From the NCBI RefSeq assembly GCF_036321535.1, contig NC_087438.1, positions 13,766,001-13,830,000 of the forward strand: DNA of 64,000 bases, given 5' to 3'. The notes under the pieces were generated by a model. That model ran no database searches. It had not been told where the DNA came from and was given only the letters and a program-made list of their open reading frames with translations. This stretch comes from Camelus dromedarius (lineage: Eukaryota). Made by a program: the position numbers and the translations under genes. How positions within the stretch are numbered: position 1 is the first letter of the stretch; the number at the start of each line of letters is the position of its first letter. Shown here piece by piece: positions 1 to 12,681 of this stretch.

Positions 1-2573
1 GCCCCTCCTTTCTGAACAGTTAGGAGGGCTGTTAGGACCTACATCTGGGTACAGGTTTATCTTCCTAATGCAGGTAAACAACACGTAGATCTATGAAAGC
101 AGGTAGGTTTTGGAGGGAGTTATTAGAAGAGACAAGAATAACCAGTCTTTTATACTATTCAAAAACTATGAGGTTTAGCTAATATCTTCTTGCTCAGAGC
201 AATTCCATGTATTTCCATTGTCTACTTACTCTGAAATACTGACATGAAGTTTATAGATTGCTTTACCTTTGTAAATAACACCTTAACATGCATTAGAAAT
301 GACGGGAACCCAAACTAGGGAATAGCAAAGAGCATGAAGAAAGATGTTGATGTAAGACAAGTTACAGACTTATGCTCTTCTGTACTTGGTCAATGTTTTG
401 CTACATTTCAGAAGGAAAAGGAGAAGTTCAGGGCAAGTCCACGGTTCCAGTCTCTACAACTCAGCACCTGATAATGTGAGGCACCAGTATGTGAATTGCG
501 ATAATGCATAATTTAGAGGGAAATGTATTGCTTTTATATTTGTGCAAATTTGAGTTTGAGCTTTCTGTGTGATGCTTGGTTGAAAAATCCTAATAAATAA
601 TATTAATTGACCTTTGGGTTCATGTCATTGTGCTGTGTCCAAACATCACCACTGGCATCACTACTACCATTACAAACATAGAAGGATGGAAAAAAATACA
701 TTTATAAATTGAACATCTTTACAGAGATTAAATAGGTTGAAATTATTGGTTGATGAGCAGTGCCCACTCAAATAACCTTTTGGCTTCTGAGCCCAGAAAC
801 TAAGCCATGAGCATGGCGAAGAATTTAGATTCTAAGTAAGATGTGGGCTATAATGGGGTAACAGGAAACTTCCGCATGAAAGCACGTTCTGAGTGATATT
901 CCCTTCACTGAGAAGCGCCTGAACAAGGATGAGAAGCCCACTCACATAGCTGCAGCTGAGATTTCCAAAGCTCCGTGCTTCCCTGGGGTGGCTGGAAGGC
1001 TGCCCTTGGGCATGTGACCAAGAAGCCCAGTGTTATCACTGGGGAATGGTAGGCAAGGGCTCCTGATATAAAATATGATTCAAAATGGGGTTTGTTGGAA
1101 GCAACCACACAAAGAAAAGGGAAAGAAAAAAGAACTTCTCATCCAAAAAAGCTTGCAATGACATTTTTCAGAACAAAAGAAGAAAAGACATTCCCCCAAA
1201 TCAAGAGATAATACAAATCATTTAATCATAAAAGAATCTAAGGCGTGTTGATGAAGACTTAAACGCTTTTTTGAGGGATACATAAAGAGATCATAGAGTA
1301 ACAGTTTCCATAAAAATGAAGAGTGAGCTCAGCAACACAATTAGACAGATATGAATCAAGAAGAAGTAGATACTTTCACAAGGCAAATACTAAAAGTAGT
1401 ATTTTTATTGAAACAAGAAATTCAAAATATGGGCTATATTATCTTGTGTAGTCTTCCTCAAAATGCAGTTCTCTTATTCAAAAGATGTTGATATGGAGCC
1501 ACTAAAGGTTGAATGCTATATTTAATATCATATAAACAGAGGGGGCGGAGGTAGGGTTCTAACTCAGGTGTCACAAAGCCTAAAACCTATATAATTTTCA
1601 AAGCTCTGTTACCTTCTAGTGGCACATATAAGCTCTAGTGGCATATATAGGAGCTTATATATGCTTTCTCTCTATATATATTTTTTGGCAAGTACTGGTT
1701 AGTAGAGTCTAGAAAATACACAATAACAACAAAAAGAGTCATTTATTTCTACTCTCATGATAACGATGCCAAACCTGGCTAAACATATCCAAAGAGAAAT
1801 AGGAATCCTCTTGCATTTTTTCCAATCTTTGAAATACTTTGAACTTTTCTCTATTCCAGCCATGAGGCTACAAGCCAGAGGACAAGATGAATAAAAAAGG
1901 CAAAGTCTTTTGAAGAGCCCACGGTCTCAGGAGGAGGGAAGATACTAATAAAAATAAATTTAAAGCATAGTTACAAATGGGATAAGTATTGTACAAAACA
2001 CAAGCTGCACCACCATGAAATAAAGCTAATAGAAATGACCTCCAGAAGGTTTTACAGTAGAAAATGCTCAATCCTGACATATTTGGGGTGAAAAGAGTAA
2101 ATAGGAGTTCATAGACTGTATATTAAGAACTTGAATCAAAATGACATGATTAATAGTTTCCCTGGGACTTTATTAATAACGTAGGAATTGGAGGCCATGC
2201 CCAGCTCCCTCAGCATGAAGAGTAGACGTACATGTGCACGAAGGGCAAGAGATGATTAAAACTGTCTTGTGAGGTTAAGTTCAGAGAAGTATTGCCATCA
2301 GTTACAGCCCAACAGAGACTATGAATAATAGGCCAACTTCCTGAAACTGAGGAAAGGAATGGGAAAGGAGTAAAAGTCAGGGCATTATGAACAAGCATGT
2401 GGATGGAGTTTCTCACAAGTTAGATTAGCATCATAATTTTTTATAAGAGGTTGAAACTATGAGTTATCAGCAGGAAAGAATGCTATTATTAGTGCAAAGG
2501 AGTATTGTGTTTGTTGCTTTCAGCTGGGGCCCTGGAAAGAAGTGTTAGAAGTGCAGTGGCAGTGACTTATATT

Positions 2574-2575
<2 letters not shown>

Positions 2576-2604
<29 letters not shown>
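2576..2604. repeat. (CA)n microsatellite
   Basis: Direct reading. Confidence 0.95.
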
Positions 2605-2607
<3 letters not shown>

Positions 2608-3176
2608 GTAAGCCAACTTAATGTAAAGGGAATACAGTAAACCAATTTGAATAGGGAAGTGAGAGTATGAAATAGTTCCTGTTGATTTTCTTTTCAAAGA
2701 AAACTCTTTGGGAAAGGAAAATTATTGGTTTTAGCACAATGGTATGATGGTGTCACAGACAGGAGTGAGAAAATGCAACAGGAAAGAAGGGAGCAGTATA
2801 ATTTCAGCATGGTCATTATCTTTAGTGAGAAATTTGCAAAGGTGGCTTTCAAGTAAGAGGAAATTGGCCATTAAAGAATGGTGTAAATGATTGCATGTCT
2901 AAACAAATCTTTCCCAAAGAATTTTCAGAGCTTTCAGAGGAGCAAATATTCTCTTAAATGGAAAATGATTTCATGAAAAAATGTTTCTGCCAAATAAATT
3001 CCCCTTCTCCTTCATTTTTGTTCTTATTCTTTCTGTGTGCTCTCTCCCACACCACGTCCCCACACACAGACACACTCACCCCCACAAACACATTCAAAAT
3101 TCATTTTTTTGTCTTTTTTCATAATAGTCTAATAAAATCTGTGTACCATTTTCTCAGTACTGTCTTTCCTTAAGAA

Positions 3177-3569
3177 GAATGTCATTCTAAGTGAAGTACG
3201 CCAGAAAGAGAAAAAAACATACCATATGAGATTGCTCATATATGGAATTAAAAAAAAAAGAACATAAATACAAAACAGAAATAGACTCATAGACATAGAA
3301 TACAAACTTGTGGCTGCCAAGGGGGCGGGGGGTGGGAAGGGACAGACTGGGATTTCAAAACTTGTAGATACTGACAGGCATATATAGAACAGATAAACAA
3401 GATTATACTGTATAGCACAGGGAAATATATACAAGATCTTGTGGTAGCTCACAGCGAAAAAATATGTGACAATGAATATATGTATGTTCATGTATAACTG
3501 AAAAATTGTGCTCTACACTGGAATTTGACACACCATTGTAAAATGACTATAACTCAATTAAAAAAAAAA
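3177..3569 (+). mobile_element. 5'-truncated LINE-1 (end of ORF2 + 3' UTR + poly-A)
   Basis: L1 3' motifs (cattctaagtgaagta..gccagaaagag; G-rich tract; tatactgtatagcacaggga; gactataactcaat) then an A tail. Short AAGAA duplication at 3172-3176 and 3568-3572, preceded by TT. Confidence 0.88.
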
Positions 3570-3669
3570 GAACTCTTTTCAAATAGCATAAATACAATTG
3601 TTGATAAATGTATATTTTTATTAAATTACATGACTAATGTTTCCTAACTTAAAGTTATCTTGGAATAAT

Positions 3670-3803
3670 TATGGTAGGCAGAAGAATGCCCCCACTCCCT
3701 TCCAACATGCCCAGGTGCTAATCCCATGACCCTGTGAATGTGTTAGTTTGAATGGCAACATGGAAGTATGCTTGCCAAACAGTTGCCTTCAAAACAGGGA
3801 GAT
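3670..3803 (+). mobile_element. MaLR LTR (MLT1D-like), 5' part, interrupted
   Basis: tatggtaggcagaagaatg...ctaatccc..gaccctgtgaatgtgtta...aaaacagggagat resembles the MLT1 5' end. The element resumes at 5363. Confidence 0.75.
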
Positions 3804-5362
3804 CAGGTGGCCTCAGATTTGTAGAGTTAAGTAGGATGGGATAGGAGTGCTGGGGTCCCTGTGGTCCCAGTGCCTTCCCACAGCCACTCTCCCCAGTCCA
3901 TCACTCTCAGAGCCGCTGGTCCAGAAACTGGCCTGGTGCATGGAGCAGCTTGAACCGGTCCTCAAGATGCAGACACCCAGCCTGACACAGAGTGAGGATG
4001 ACTTATCTAGAGTCAGGAGGAGGTGAACGGTGATAGGTGCCAGTGCAGCAGCCGGCAGGTGCCGTCAGGGAACAGAATGCCGCCTTTGCAGCAGGGTGGC
4101 GATAGCAGGTAAGGATAGATGAGGTCACTGATTCTTCATTTTCATCCACAGAAGAGCAGGCTCTTGGTGCCGTCTGAACCTGAGCAGGGAAGGAACACCC
4201 TGCCCCACAAGAGGCAGCTGATGGGCTCCTGGTTTGGGAACCGCAGATATCCATGGCTCTCAAAGCTGGTGGGGACCTGGGAACTGGGTGGTTCAGGACA
4301 GCCTAGAGTAATGGGGTAGGAAGGCAGTGAGTCAAGTCCAGAGCAACAGGGCTGGCGGAAGGAGGAGGTTGGCTCTGGGAAGGCTCGAGGCGCAGGGAGA
4401 GAGAAAGCCTGGGCTTCTCCAGAACACAGAACTCCGACCTGGCCCGGGGAAGCCAAGGGAGGGGCCAGGGGAGAGTCCTGGTCCTGTGCCATCCCTGCTT
4501 CGGGGATGCACAAAGTCGCCTCCCGCCCTCTGTGCCTCGGCCTCCTCTGCGGGCCATGAAGGTCCATCTCATCCCACAGCCCTTTGCGTGCAACACCTGG
4601 AGGATTCAAATCTTGGCTCTGCCTTTGGCAAAAACAGCCTCTGTGAGGCTGACTGGAGGGTGATGATAACACCTACCTTATAACTCTGAGAAGCAAATCC
4701 GCTCATTTACACAAAGCGGTTAGAGTTGTGTGGACACAGTTGACGTTGGCTGTTGTCACTCAGTTAGACACTGTAGCTGCCCTGCCCCACAGCAGCCCAC
4801 GCAGCCCAGGTGCAGCTTGTGGGTGAAGCCACGGGGAAGAAGAGCCCAGACACCTGCGGGCCACGCCTGCAAGGCGAAGCCAGGGCCACCTGGACCCTCC
4901 GCAGGAAGAGTTTCGTCCTGGAGCACGTGCCCTCCCGGGTGGTTTGGGGTTCGTCTCGAGGGCAGAGCCTTTCCAGGAAGACTCTGTCAGGCAGGTGCGA
5001 GGTTGGTCTGTCCCTGGCTGGTCAGTGAATCTGGAGCCCTGGCCGTGGGACAGTTGTTAGATCAGCCCATTAGGCTACTCACTGATGGTCAGCCAAGCAC
5101 ACGACCCCGTTCCTACATTTAGAAAATTTTCTACGATAAACTGAAGTGAGTGTTCAGCATGTTGTACAAAGAATATTCGACTCAGTCGCTAGGATTAAAT
5201 TAAGCAGCTGTAGGTAATGAGGATTGGTGGGGAAGCTGGGTGTTTGCATGCTGGTGCTCACTTCTGAAAGGCTGCCCTGACAAATGGGTTAGTGCTTTAT
5301 GCCATTATGTCACTTGGCCCCAGTCAAACTCTATTTCTTGATACAAAGAAATGAATTAAAAT
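3804..5362 (+). other. GC-rich non-TE segment inserted into the MLT1 LTR (probable retrocopied or duplicated genomic/transcript fragment)
   Basis: Abrupt GC/CpG shift relative to flanks. Flanked by aaaacagggagat (3791-3803) and aaagtagggagat (5363-5375). A-rich 3' end and an internal MIR-like relic. Confidence 0.65.
4598..4760 (+). mobile_element. MIR-like SINE relic inside the GC-rich insert
   Basis: ggattcaaatcttggctctgcc (B-box region) and gggtgatgataacacctacctt...aaagcggttagag (MIR core/tail-like). Confidence 0.55.
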
Positions 5363-5740
5363 AAAGTAGGGAGATTATCATGGATTAGCCCGTGGTCCCA
5401 AAGTAATCAGAATGGCTTTCCAAATTGATGAGGGAGGCAGACGTGTTCAGGTCAGAAGAGATGTGAGGACAGAAGCAGAGGTCACAGTGATGCCAGGTGA
5501 GGAGGGCTCCACCCTCCTCTGTTGATTTTGAACTTGGAGGCGGGGGACCACTAGGCCTGGGATGGAGGCCATCTCTAAAATCTGGAAAATGTCAAGGAAA
5601 GTATTTCTCCGTGAGAGTCTCCAAAAGGGAACAACACCCTGCCAACACCTGGATTTTAGCCCAAAGAGGCTTCTACCTACAGAACTGTAAGACACCATGA
5701 AATTGGTGGTAACTTGTTTCAACAACAGTAGTGAAGTAGC
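5363..5740 (+). mobile_element. MaLR LTR (MLT1D-like), 3' part
   Basis: agggagattatcatggattag...gagatgtgaggacagaagcagaggtca...ccctgccaacacctggattttagccc...cagaactgtaaga...tggtggtaacttgtt are typical MLT1 motifs. Confidence 0.85.
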
Positions 5741-6547
5741 CTTATGAAAGTCTTAATCTCAGTCATTGTGAGGGTTTTCTACCTCAATTTTATGTGACGG
5801 TCTTAGACCTCTGACACAGATTTTGACTATAATGAGCAACAGCGCTGTCACTGATGTGGCCATTGTGCAGAGCTCCTGGGCACGCCCTCCAGGTCCAAGG
5901 TGCATTCACTCTCTCTATGGTCGTGTTACCCACCGACCTTTCACCTTCCTGAGAGTTTGTCATGGTTTTTCCATTTGTTTATCTCATCAAGTGGTACATT
6001 TGGCTTGAGATTCCAATAGATTTTATCATGCATATTCTTTGTATATCCTCTGTGCTAGAGATAGAGCACTAACTAAACTCAACTAAATTCCATCTGTGGT
6101 CTTTCTGGCAGCTTTGGTTTTATGCTTTGGTATCTCTTTGAGAATGGCAGGGCTGTATGGCTGGGGAGTTGGTAAACAAGACTCAAATTAACATCTAAAT
6201 AAATTACTCAACCACAAGTGAAGTACATGATATCATATTAAGAAAGTCAGGTGCTTTTAGTAATACAAGTGTGCCTTGGTGAATATGATATTTGCCAAGA
6301 ATAATAAAATTCCCTCAGCCTTTGAGAGATCAGATCTGTTAAAAACAAAGACATGACAGGAATGATTTATGCTATAGTGTTTACTTGCTACCGTGGAACT
6401 TTGAAATTATAACAATTTTTTTCTGTTACAATAACATTATTATAAATTTTGATAAGACTATAAGTAATCAATTTTATTACATATGAAAATATGTGAATGG
6501 ACTATAGATTTCAGTGATTAATCAATGCTATTAAATACTTGAATTAT

Positions 6548-6735
6548 TGTGGTAGGAAGCCTCTACAATGATCCCCAATGATCCTGGACCCATGTCCTTG
6601 TGTGTTATTCACCACTTGCAGGTGGGCTAGACTCATTTGACTGGCTTTTAAAGAATAGAATACTATAGAAATGATGGCAGGCCATTTCTAAAATAGGTTA
6701 AAAAAAGACTGGGGCTTTCATGTTGGGGAATCTTT
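6548..6735 (+). mobile_element. MaLR LTR fragment (MLT1E/F/G-like 5' end)
   Basis: tgtggtaggaagcctcta..atgatccccaatgatcc...gtgggctagac...aatagaata. Confidence 0.6.
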
Positions 6736-7564
6736 CATTTATATGGAAAGAGAGAACAGAGAATGGGCAAGAGGGAATATTTCAAGGCATAAACGGTGGA
6801 TAAATTCCCAGATTTTCGTGCAGAGATTAATTTAGGGTAGGATTGAAAATGTAGTCACATCTTGACACATTTGAATGAAATTGCAATTGCTAGGGAGAGA
6901 AATATAATTTTAAGTTTGAAGACTGAAAACAATTTGGAACAAAGGAAATTGCATAAACCTAAAAAACATCAGAGAAAGAGAAAAAACAAACTTTGGTGAA
7001 TTCAACATTTTAAGTAAAGATAATTGTAAGTAAATCAATCAACACAACAAATGCAATATTGTCTATTTTAAATGCATTATACATTAGCTTTAAGTGTGTC
7101 TGTATGTCTTTGTCTAATCTAGACAAAGAATCTCGGATTGGCTTATGTATTTATGAGTACTGACTCAAAATGGTGTTTTGAATAATTCTCTTTTACTTTA
7201 AAATCATAGTTTAGAATCCTAAGAAAAAAAGATAGTAATTCAGGATGTTTTATATACTTATAAATTCTGATAAAAAATAAATTTAGAAAAATAAAAATAT
7301 AAATAAAAATAAAATTTTGGAATATACATATACAAAACCTTATGCAGAATAATAATTGGTTTTACAGAACTTTTTACAAGAATTATACCCCATATTGAAA
7401 TACTTAACCTATAATAAGAGAAACTGTTTATCACAGAGCTAAAAATTTCCAAAGATATTAATTAATGCTAAACCATGTTTAATAAAACCCAAAATCTACA
7501 GCTACAAACAACAAACAAGTGAATTAATCAAAAGACTAATAATATCTGCATATCCCAATTAAAA

Positions 7565-7745
7565 TGGGTAAACAGCAAGGCCCTACTGTATAGCACAAAG
7601 AACTATTTTCAATAATAGCATTTAATGAAAAATAATATGATAAGAAATATATATATGTATAACTGAATCACTATATTGTACATCAGAAATTAATACAACA
7701 TTGTAAATCGACTATATGTCAATAAAAGTAAATTTAAAAAATGTA
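7565..7745 (+). mobile_element. LINE-1 3' end fragment
   Basis: taaacagcaaggccctactgtatagcaca...tataactgaatcact...acaacattgtaaatcgactata..tcaataaaa. Confidence 0.85.
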
Positions 7746-10660
7746 AAAAAAGACTACTCAAAGCTACTTCTTTAAGCTGAGAAAATATAATTGCCTGAAA
7801 CTAACAGCAAGCGCTCCTTGTGTAGTGAAAGGTTAGTATTGAGCCAATGACCATGTTTACTATCATCCCTCAGTTTTCTTTTAAGTTTACTCAATATAAG
7901 GAGCATTACATAAAAGTAGGGACTGTGAGCAATTTTGTTTAAGAAACATTAGTTTTCATATAAATCAGAAAATACAGTTCGAAGACATCCTGAGTTGAAA
8001 TATTCCTTTAAAAGTAGCAACTAAAAAATTAAAATAGCTAGCTAGAACCCCAAATGAAACGGTAAGGATTCTTACGAAGGCAATTCTAGTTCTTCAACGT
8101 GAGTCAATCGTGTGCTTGTGTGTATGTACAGTCAGAGGAAGCACACCAACAAATGAGAATGAGAAAGAAAATTAAAGGATGTCCAAGAAAGAAAGATAAG
8201 GAAAAAGAAAAAAAAAATGAGAAAGAACATGAAAGAAAGAAGGAGAGAAAATGGCAGGAAAAGTTCATGCTTGGACAGATAGTGATAATAAGAGATTATA
8301 TTTTCAATTGATGGGAGAAGAATTTTACACTTTATTCTCAGTAAGATTTTGAATTTTGCAAATTTTGTAGTAAGTATGTATCCATTTTTACAACCCAGAC
8401 CAAGGCATGTTTTAAGATGGAAAACAAGGGAAGCTGCAAATTTTGTCAAATGCATCAAAGAGTAGTTGTATAAAATATTAAAATTAAACACATGGTACAA
8501 ACTGAAAAACTTGAGTAGCGGGATTTACTTTAGCACATAAGTGACCTGAAATTAGAAGACTGTAGGAACTTATAAGATGCGGTGTTTACTTAGACAAACG
8601 TTCTCAGAACGGCTTGCAAAATTTTACCTCGTCGCATAATTAACTTATGTGAGGAGGCAGAGGTGGAAAAGAGTTTGCCCAGGTAGGCGTTCTCAGCCAG
8701 AGCGGAAGACATTATTAGGCATAAACACATACACGCGGCTTCTCATTCGGAGCATCAATTCAAGTTAATTTGGTTTATGGATGTGCTTTAGAGAAATGAG
8801 TCTTCCAATGGAGATTAGATGCACCATAATCAGTTCTTCACCGTAATTTAATACTTTGTAGGAGGACTTCATTCCCCATCTGGCTCATCTGCAGGCTCTG
8901 TTTCTCAAGTTGAGTGCAAGATTTTTGTAAACAAGTGACTACCACCCCCACGGAATGAACTTTCAAAGGGATATTCACAGGAATATCTTCAGGTACTTCA
9001 GTGCTGTGAAAAAGAGGGCTTGTCTCTTCTCTGCAACTTTGTCTTATAAAATGATCTTACATTGATGTACGTGATAAATCTACTTGTAAGCTCTGAGGAA
9101 TAATTCTAAATTACAAAAAATATACAGATCAGAGGTTATCCCTAGACAAAACTATTCATTGCTGAATTTGAAGTGGGTGGAATATTGTCAACTATTATAT
9201 TTCAAAACATTAGAAATATTTGCTGTCCAAGAATAACATCTAAATGAGAAAGCCCTGGGTGGGGCTCTTGGGCTTGTATCTCTGCATCCTCCCTCTTCTT
9301 TCCTTTTCATTTGTGGGGTCTGTTTAGCTTGTACCAAACACTTTTTAAAGTCATTGTATTAATCCTAATGAGTTGATGTAACCGTCTGCCTTCATAAGAA
9401 ATTGACCTTTTATGAAATACTCATATCATGGAAGCGAAACTGGAACTAAACGCCAACTGTAAATTGTATCTTAGAACTTACTAAATAAAATGCTTGCTCC
9501 GTTAAAAAAAAAAAAAAAATCTGGTTTTGACAAAACAAGAAAATAAAACTAGTTAGACTTTGCTGACCCTGAATGAGCTTCAAACGTAATGAGAAGAATG
9601 GGAAAAAAGTAGAAGAAAAATGACCATGGAAATCATTCTAGAAATTATATGTTTGAAATACCAACAGGGAATTCCTCTTTGAAATGTGCAGACGAGTGAG
9701 ATCTGTTACTAAGCAGAGGAATCTGCCTGGAGTTTCAGGTCAGAGTCAGCATGTATTTGTCATTATTTATTGGCTCCAAAATAACATATTGTGGGGTTAT
9801 TATGAGGGTGGTAAAGATATTTTATGCTTGGCAAATTAAAGAAATGATTAATTAAAAAGGTAAATGTACCCATCATACATTGTAAAGAGATTATTACATG
9901 TTAAGATGCAAGCCCTAAGGAAGAGAAAATTAATATCAAATTTTCTATTCTGATATTTTCCTATAAATTGGAAAATCATCCTTCACTCCACTGTTTGAGG
10001 AGAGGCAAATTTTTTTTTTTTTTAATAATTGAACTTCTCAGATCACATTCAACTTTGAATCTGGGTTTTCACCTGCACCTGTGGGCTCTGAGTTCTGTGA
10101 AATGCTGCTCTTCTGAAAATGCCTGCCCCAAAAATGCATCCTTTCCTCTTTTCTGTTTCAGTTCCCTTAGAGCACTTGTCACAGGGAAGAGGGAGAGAAA
10201 AAGTTGCAAGAGTGCTGAGCGTAGAAGCAGCTTAATGAGGGACCACAGCGGGCGGGGAGAAGGGGTTAGAACTGTCGTGGGAGACTGGGGCCAGTCTCTC
10301 CCACTGTGCTATGCCTGGGAAAAATCTTGCTGATTTTTTTTGTAACCTAGCAAATTGACAATGAGTTTGTCATGGGGGTCCCAGTATTTTACTATGTATA
10401 TTGTTTAAATACATATATCTATATCCATTATTGAAAGTGATGAAAAGAAATTTTAAAGACCTCTACTTCAGAAACATTTTCTGTATATTTAGTCCACCTG
10501 GAGAAACTGCAAATAATAACACTGATTCTAAAAGCATAAGAGTATAAGTAAAAGTAAACCTAGGGGTGGCCTTATGGAGATCATCAACTATATAATAAAA
10601 TAGATGATGTGATAAATCTACAGAGCTGATAGGAAGTAAAACTATTAAACTAATTTATAC

Positions 10661-11256
10661 TGTTACCGGAGAGTAGGTTCTTGTGTAGTTGCAGAAAGAA
10701 TTCGTAGGGAGAGACAGAGGTCAGGAAAGCAAAGTGAGGGTTTATTAAGCAAAAGTACACTGTCAGAGGGAGGGAGGGCGGGCAGACTCTGGTGAGTAGC
10801 TGCCCTGAGTGTCGTTGGTGAGCTGTTCCATGGGATGTGAAAATGAATGGGTGGAATGTTCATTGAGGAGGGAGGGGTTTGGGGTTGTAGTCCCTGATTT
10901 TCATCATAGCTCCAGCTTCCCAAAGGAGGAGGGAATTTTGTCCTTATTTCGTCTTGATGAAAGTGTCATGGCATTAGTGCATGATGAATACTTCGTATCT
11001 GCAATGCTAATTTTATCGTATTGAGGGCATAATGATCAAAAAGTCACATACAGGCACCTGATTTCTGCCTTTTCCCACATTTCTTTGCCTCCAGGACCCC
11101 TGTCACCACAAGCTACATAGTTTCCTGGCACCCTGGAGGTTCCTGCTTTTCTTTGTTTGCCCAAGGAACTCCACTATTTACAAGATGTATGGTTTCTGGC
11201 CACCTGATCGGTGCCTGCCTTTCTCTCTTATATCTAGCTATCTGCCTGCTCTAACA
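10661..11256 (-). mobile_element. ERV1-class solo LTR
   Basis: TGTTA...TAACA terminal inverted ends. Perfect 4-bp TSD ATAC (10657-10660 / 11257-11260). AATAAA on the minus strand at 10741-10746. Confidence 0.92.
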
Positions 11257-11510
11257 ATACCTCCATTTCTTGAAGCTAATAAGTAAGAAAAATGATACTC
11301 CACGTATAAAGAAATAAATGCAAGATGGATGATGGAACCACAGTGTAGAGCATCCTTTGGTGTATCTGTGTATGTGTGTGGTCTGCTTCTCTTAGAATGG
11401 ATGGTGTGGTTGAGTGTTGGGTGGGTGTGTAGTGAACAAGGGAGCATCTGTGAATAAACTTTGTACTTAATACAGTTGTTAAACTTTATCTTTGTCCACA
11501 AGTGTCCTAA

Positions 11511-12123
11511 TACTGTCAAATCCAAGGTTGTGTGTCCAAGGCACAGCGAAGTCAAACAAACCAAAATGTGGAGTTTGGAGCAGAGAAGGATTGTTGCAGG
11601 GTCAAGCAAAAACAACAGGTATCTTAGGCCCAAAAAACCTGAACTCCCTGATGGGTGTTAGTTAGAGAAGCATTTGGGAAGGCACATTTGGCGGGAGATC
11701 TGCAGGGCATGTGACCTTCCTCTCGTTGGTTGGTGGGTAGGAGTAACAAGGTGTTGCTCCAGGAATCTCAGTCATCAGCCTTTTGATTCCAACCTGTCTG
11801 GGGTCCAGTGCTTGTGCTCAGCCTGAAGTTACAATCCTCCACCTGGGCCCCAGCTCCTGTAGAACTCATCAGTCTGTGTCAGAATTCTGGCACATCTCCC
11901 ATGAGGAGCCAGGACTCTGCCCCATCGCTGCACTGTTGTCTCTTGACTGCCTTTCTTTGGATTCTGCATTCCCTCCCCTCCCTAATTAATAACTGTTTCA
12001 ATCTGCTCCTTGGAACTCAGGGAAAGTGTAGAAGGCTGAAGCGTTTTTCTTACCAACAAGAAATGGGGGACACAGAAAGTCTTTCATATTCAGGAGGGCT
12101 CCACAGGGTCCCGCTCAGTTTTC
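11511..12123 (-). mobile_element. ERV1-class solo LTR (older, decayed termini)
   Basis: GC-richer ~610 bp block flanked by duplicated (C)CTAA. ggagtttggagcagagaagg.. and ..gggctccacagggtcccgctcagttt motifs are typical of laurasiatherian ERV1 LTRs. Confidence 0.75.
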
Positions 12124-12557
12124 CTAATCTTTCATTCATAAAATATCATTTTTCCAACCTCAAGGTAATTGCTGTGGAAAATCTGTGGGACCCGAGTTCC
12201 ATACTGACACTATGTACTGATTTTTCTTTTTCACCAGAACAAATGGGACTAGTAAGGCATGACTATTGACAGTTATCCTGGTCCTCTGCTTTCAGCCATC
12301 TCATTTCTCCTTGGCCTCAGCAACAGGTGAAACGATTAGAACAGTGAGTTGCTAAAATTAGAGTTTAACTTATGTGTACCATCTCTCAGAGCTCCACAGG
12401 GGTTCCTTTCCAGTTCTTATTTCAGGAGGCCATTTTAGTAATTATTGTCAGTTTATAATAACACCTTATCACTACAGTGATGAGAAGTTGGATTTATGAA
12501 ACTACCTTGTATGGCATTGTTAAACTTAATGCTAGTAAATTTTCTTCCATAAGAAAG

Positions 12558-12681
12558 AGCTCAGTGGTAGAGCACATGCCCAGCATGAACAAGAACCTGG
12601 GTTCAATCCCCAGCACCGCCATTAAATAAATAAACCTAATTACCATCCCCCCAAAAAAAACAACAAAAAGAAAAAAAAAGA
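12558..12681 (+). mobile_element. tRNA-derived SINE, camelid Vic-1-like, slightly 5'-truncated
   Basis: A box (agctcagtggtagagc), B box (gggttcaatcccc), tail aaataaataaacctaattacc..cccccc and A-rich end. TSD AAGAAAGAG at 12551-12559 and 12682-12690. Confidence 0.88.

Noticed and set aside
4108..4150. GTAAGG...TTTTCATCCACAG resembling an intron
   Set aside because: Only ~43 nt, too short for a normal mammalian spliceosomal intron, and no coherent exon frame.
4003..5122. Overlapping 66-176 aa ORFs in the GC-rich insert
   Set aside because: Pro/Arg/Gly/Ser-rich with no recognisable domain; long open frames are expected in GC-rich DNA.
8099..8500. Lys/Glu-rich and Phe-rich ORFs
   Set aside because: Translation of a purine-rich low-complexity tract.
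12558..12630. tRNA-like sequence
   Set aside because: Truncated acceptor stem, SINE tail and TSD show it is a SINE head, not a tRNA gene.
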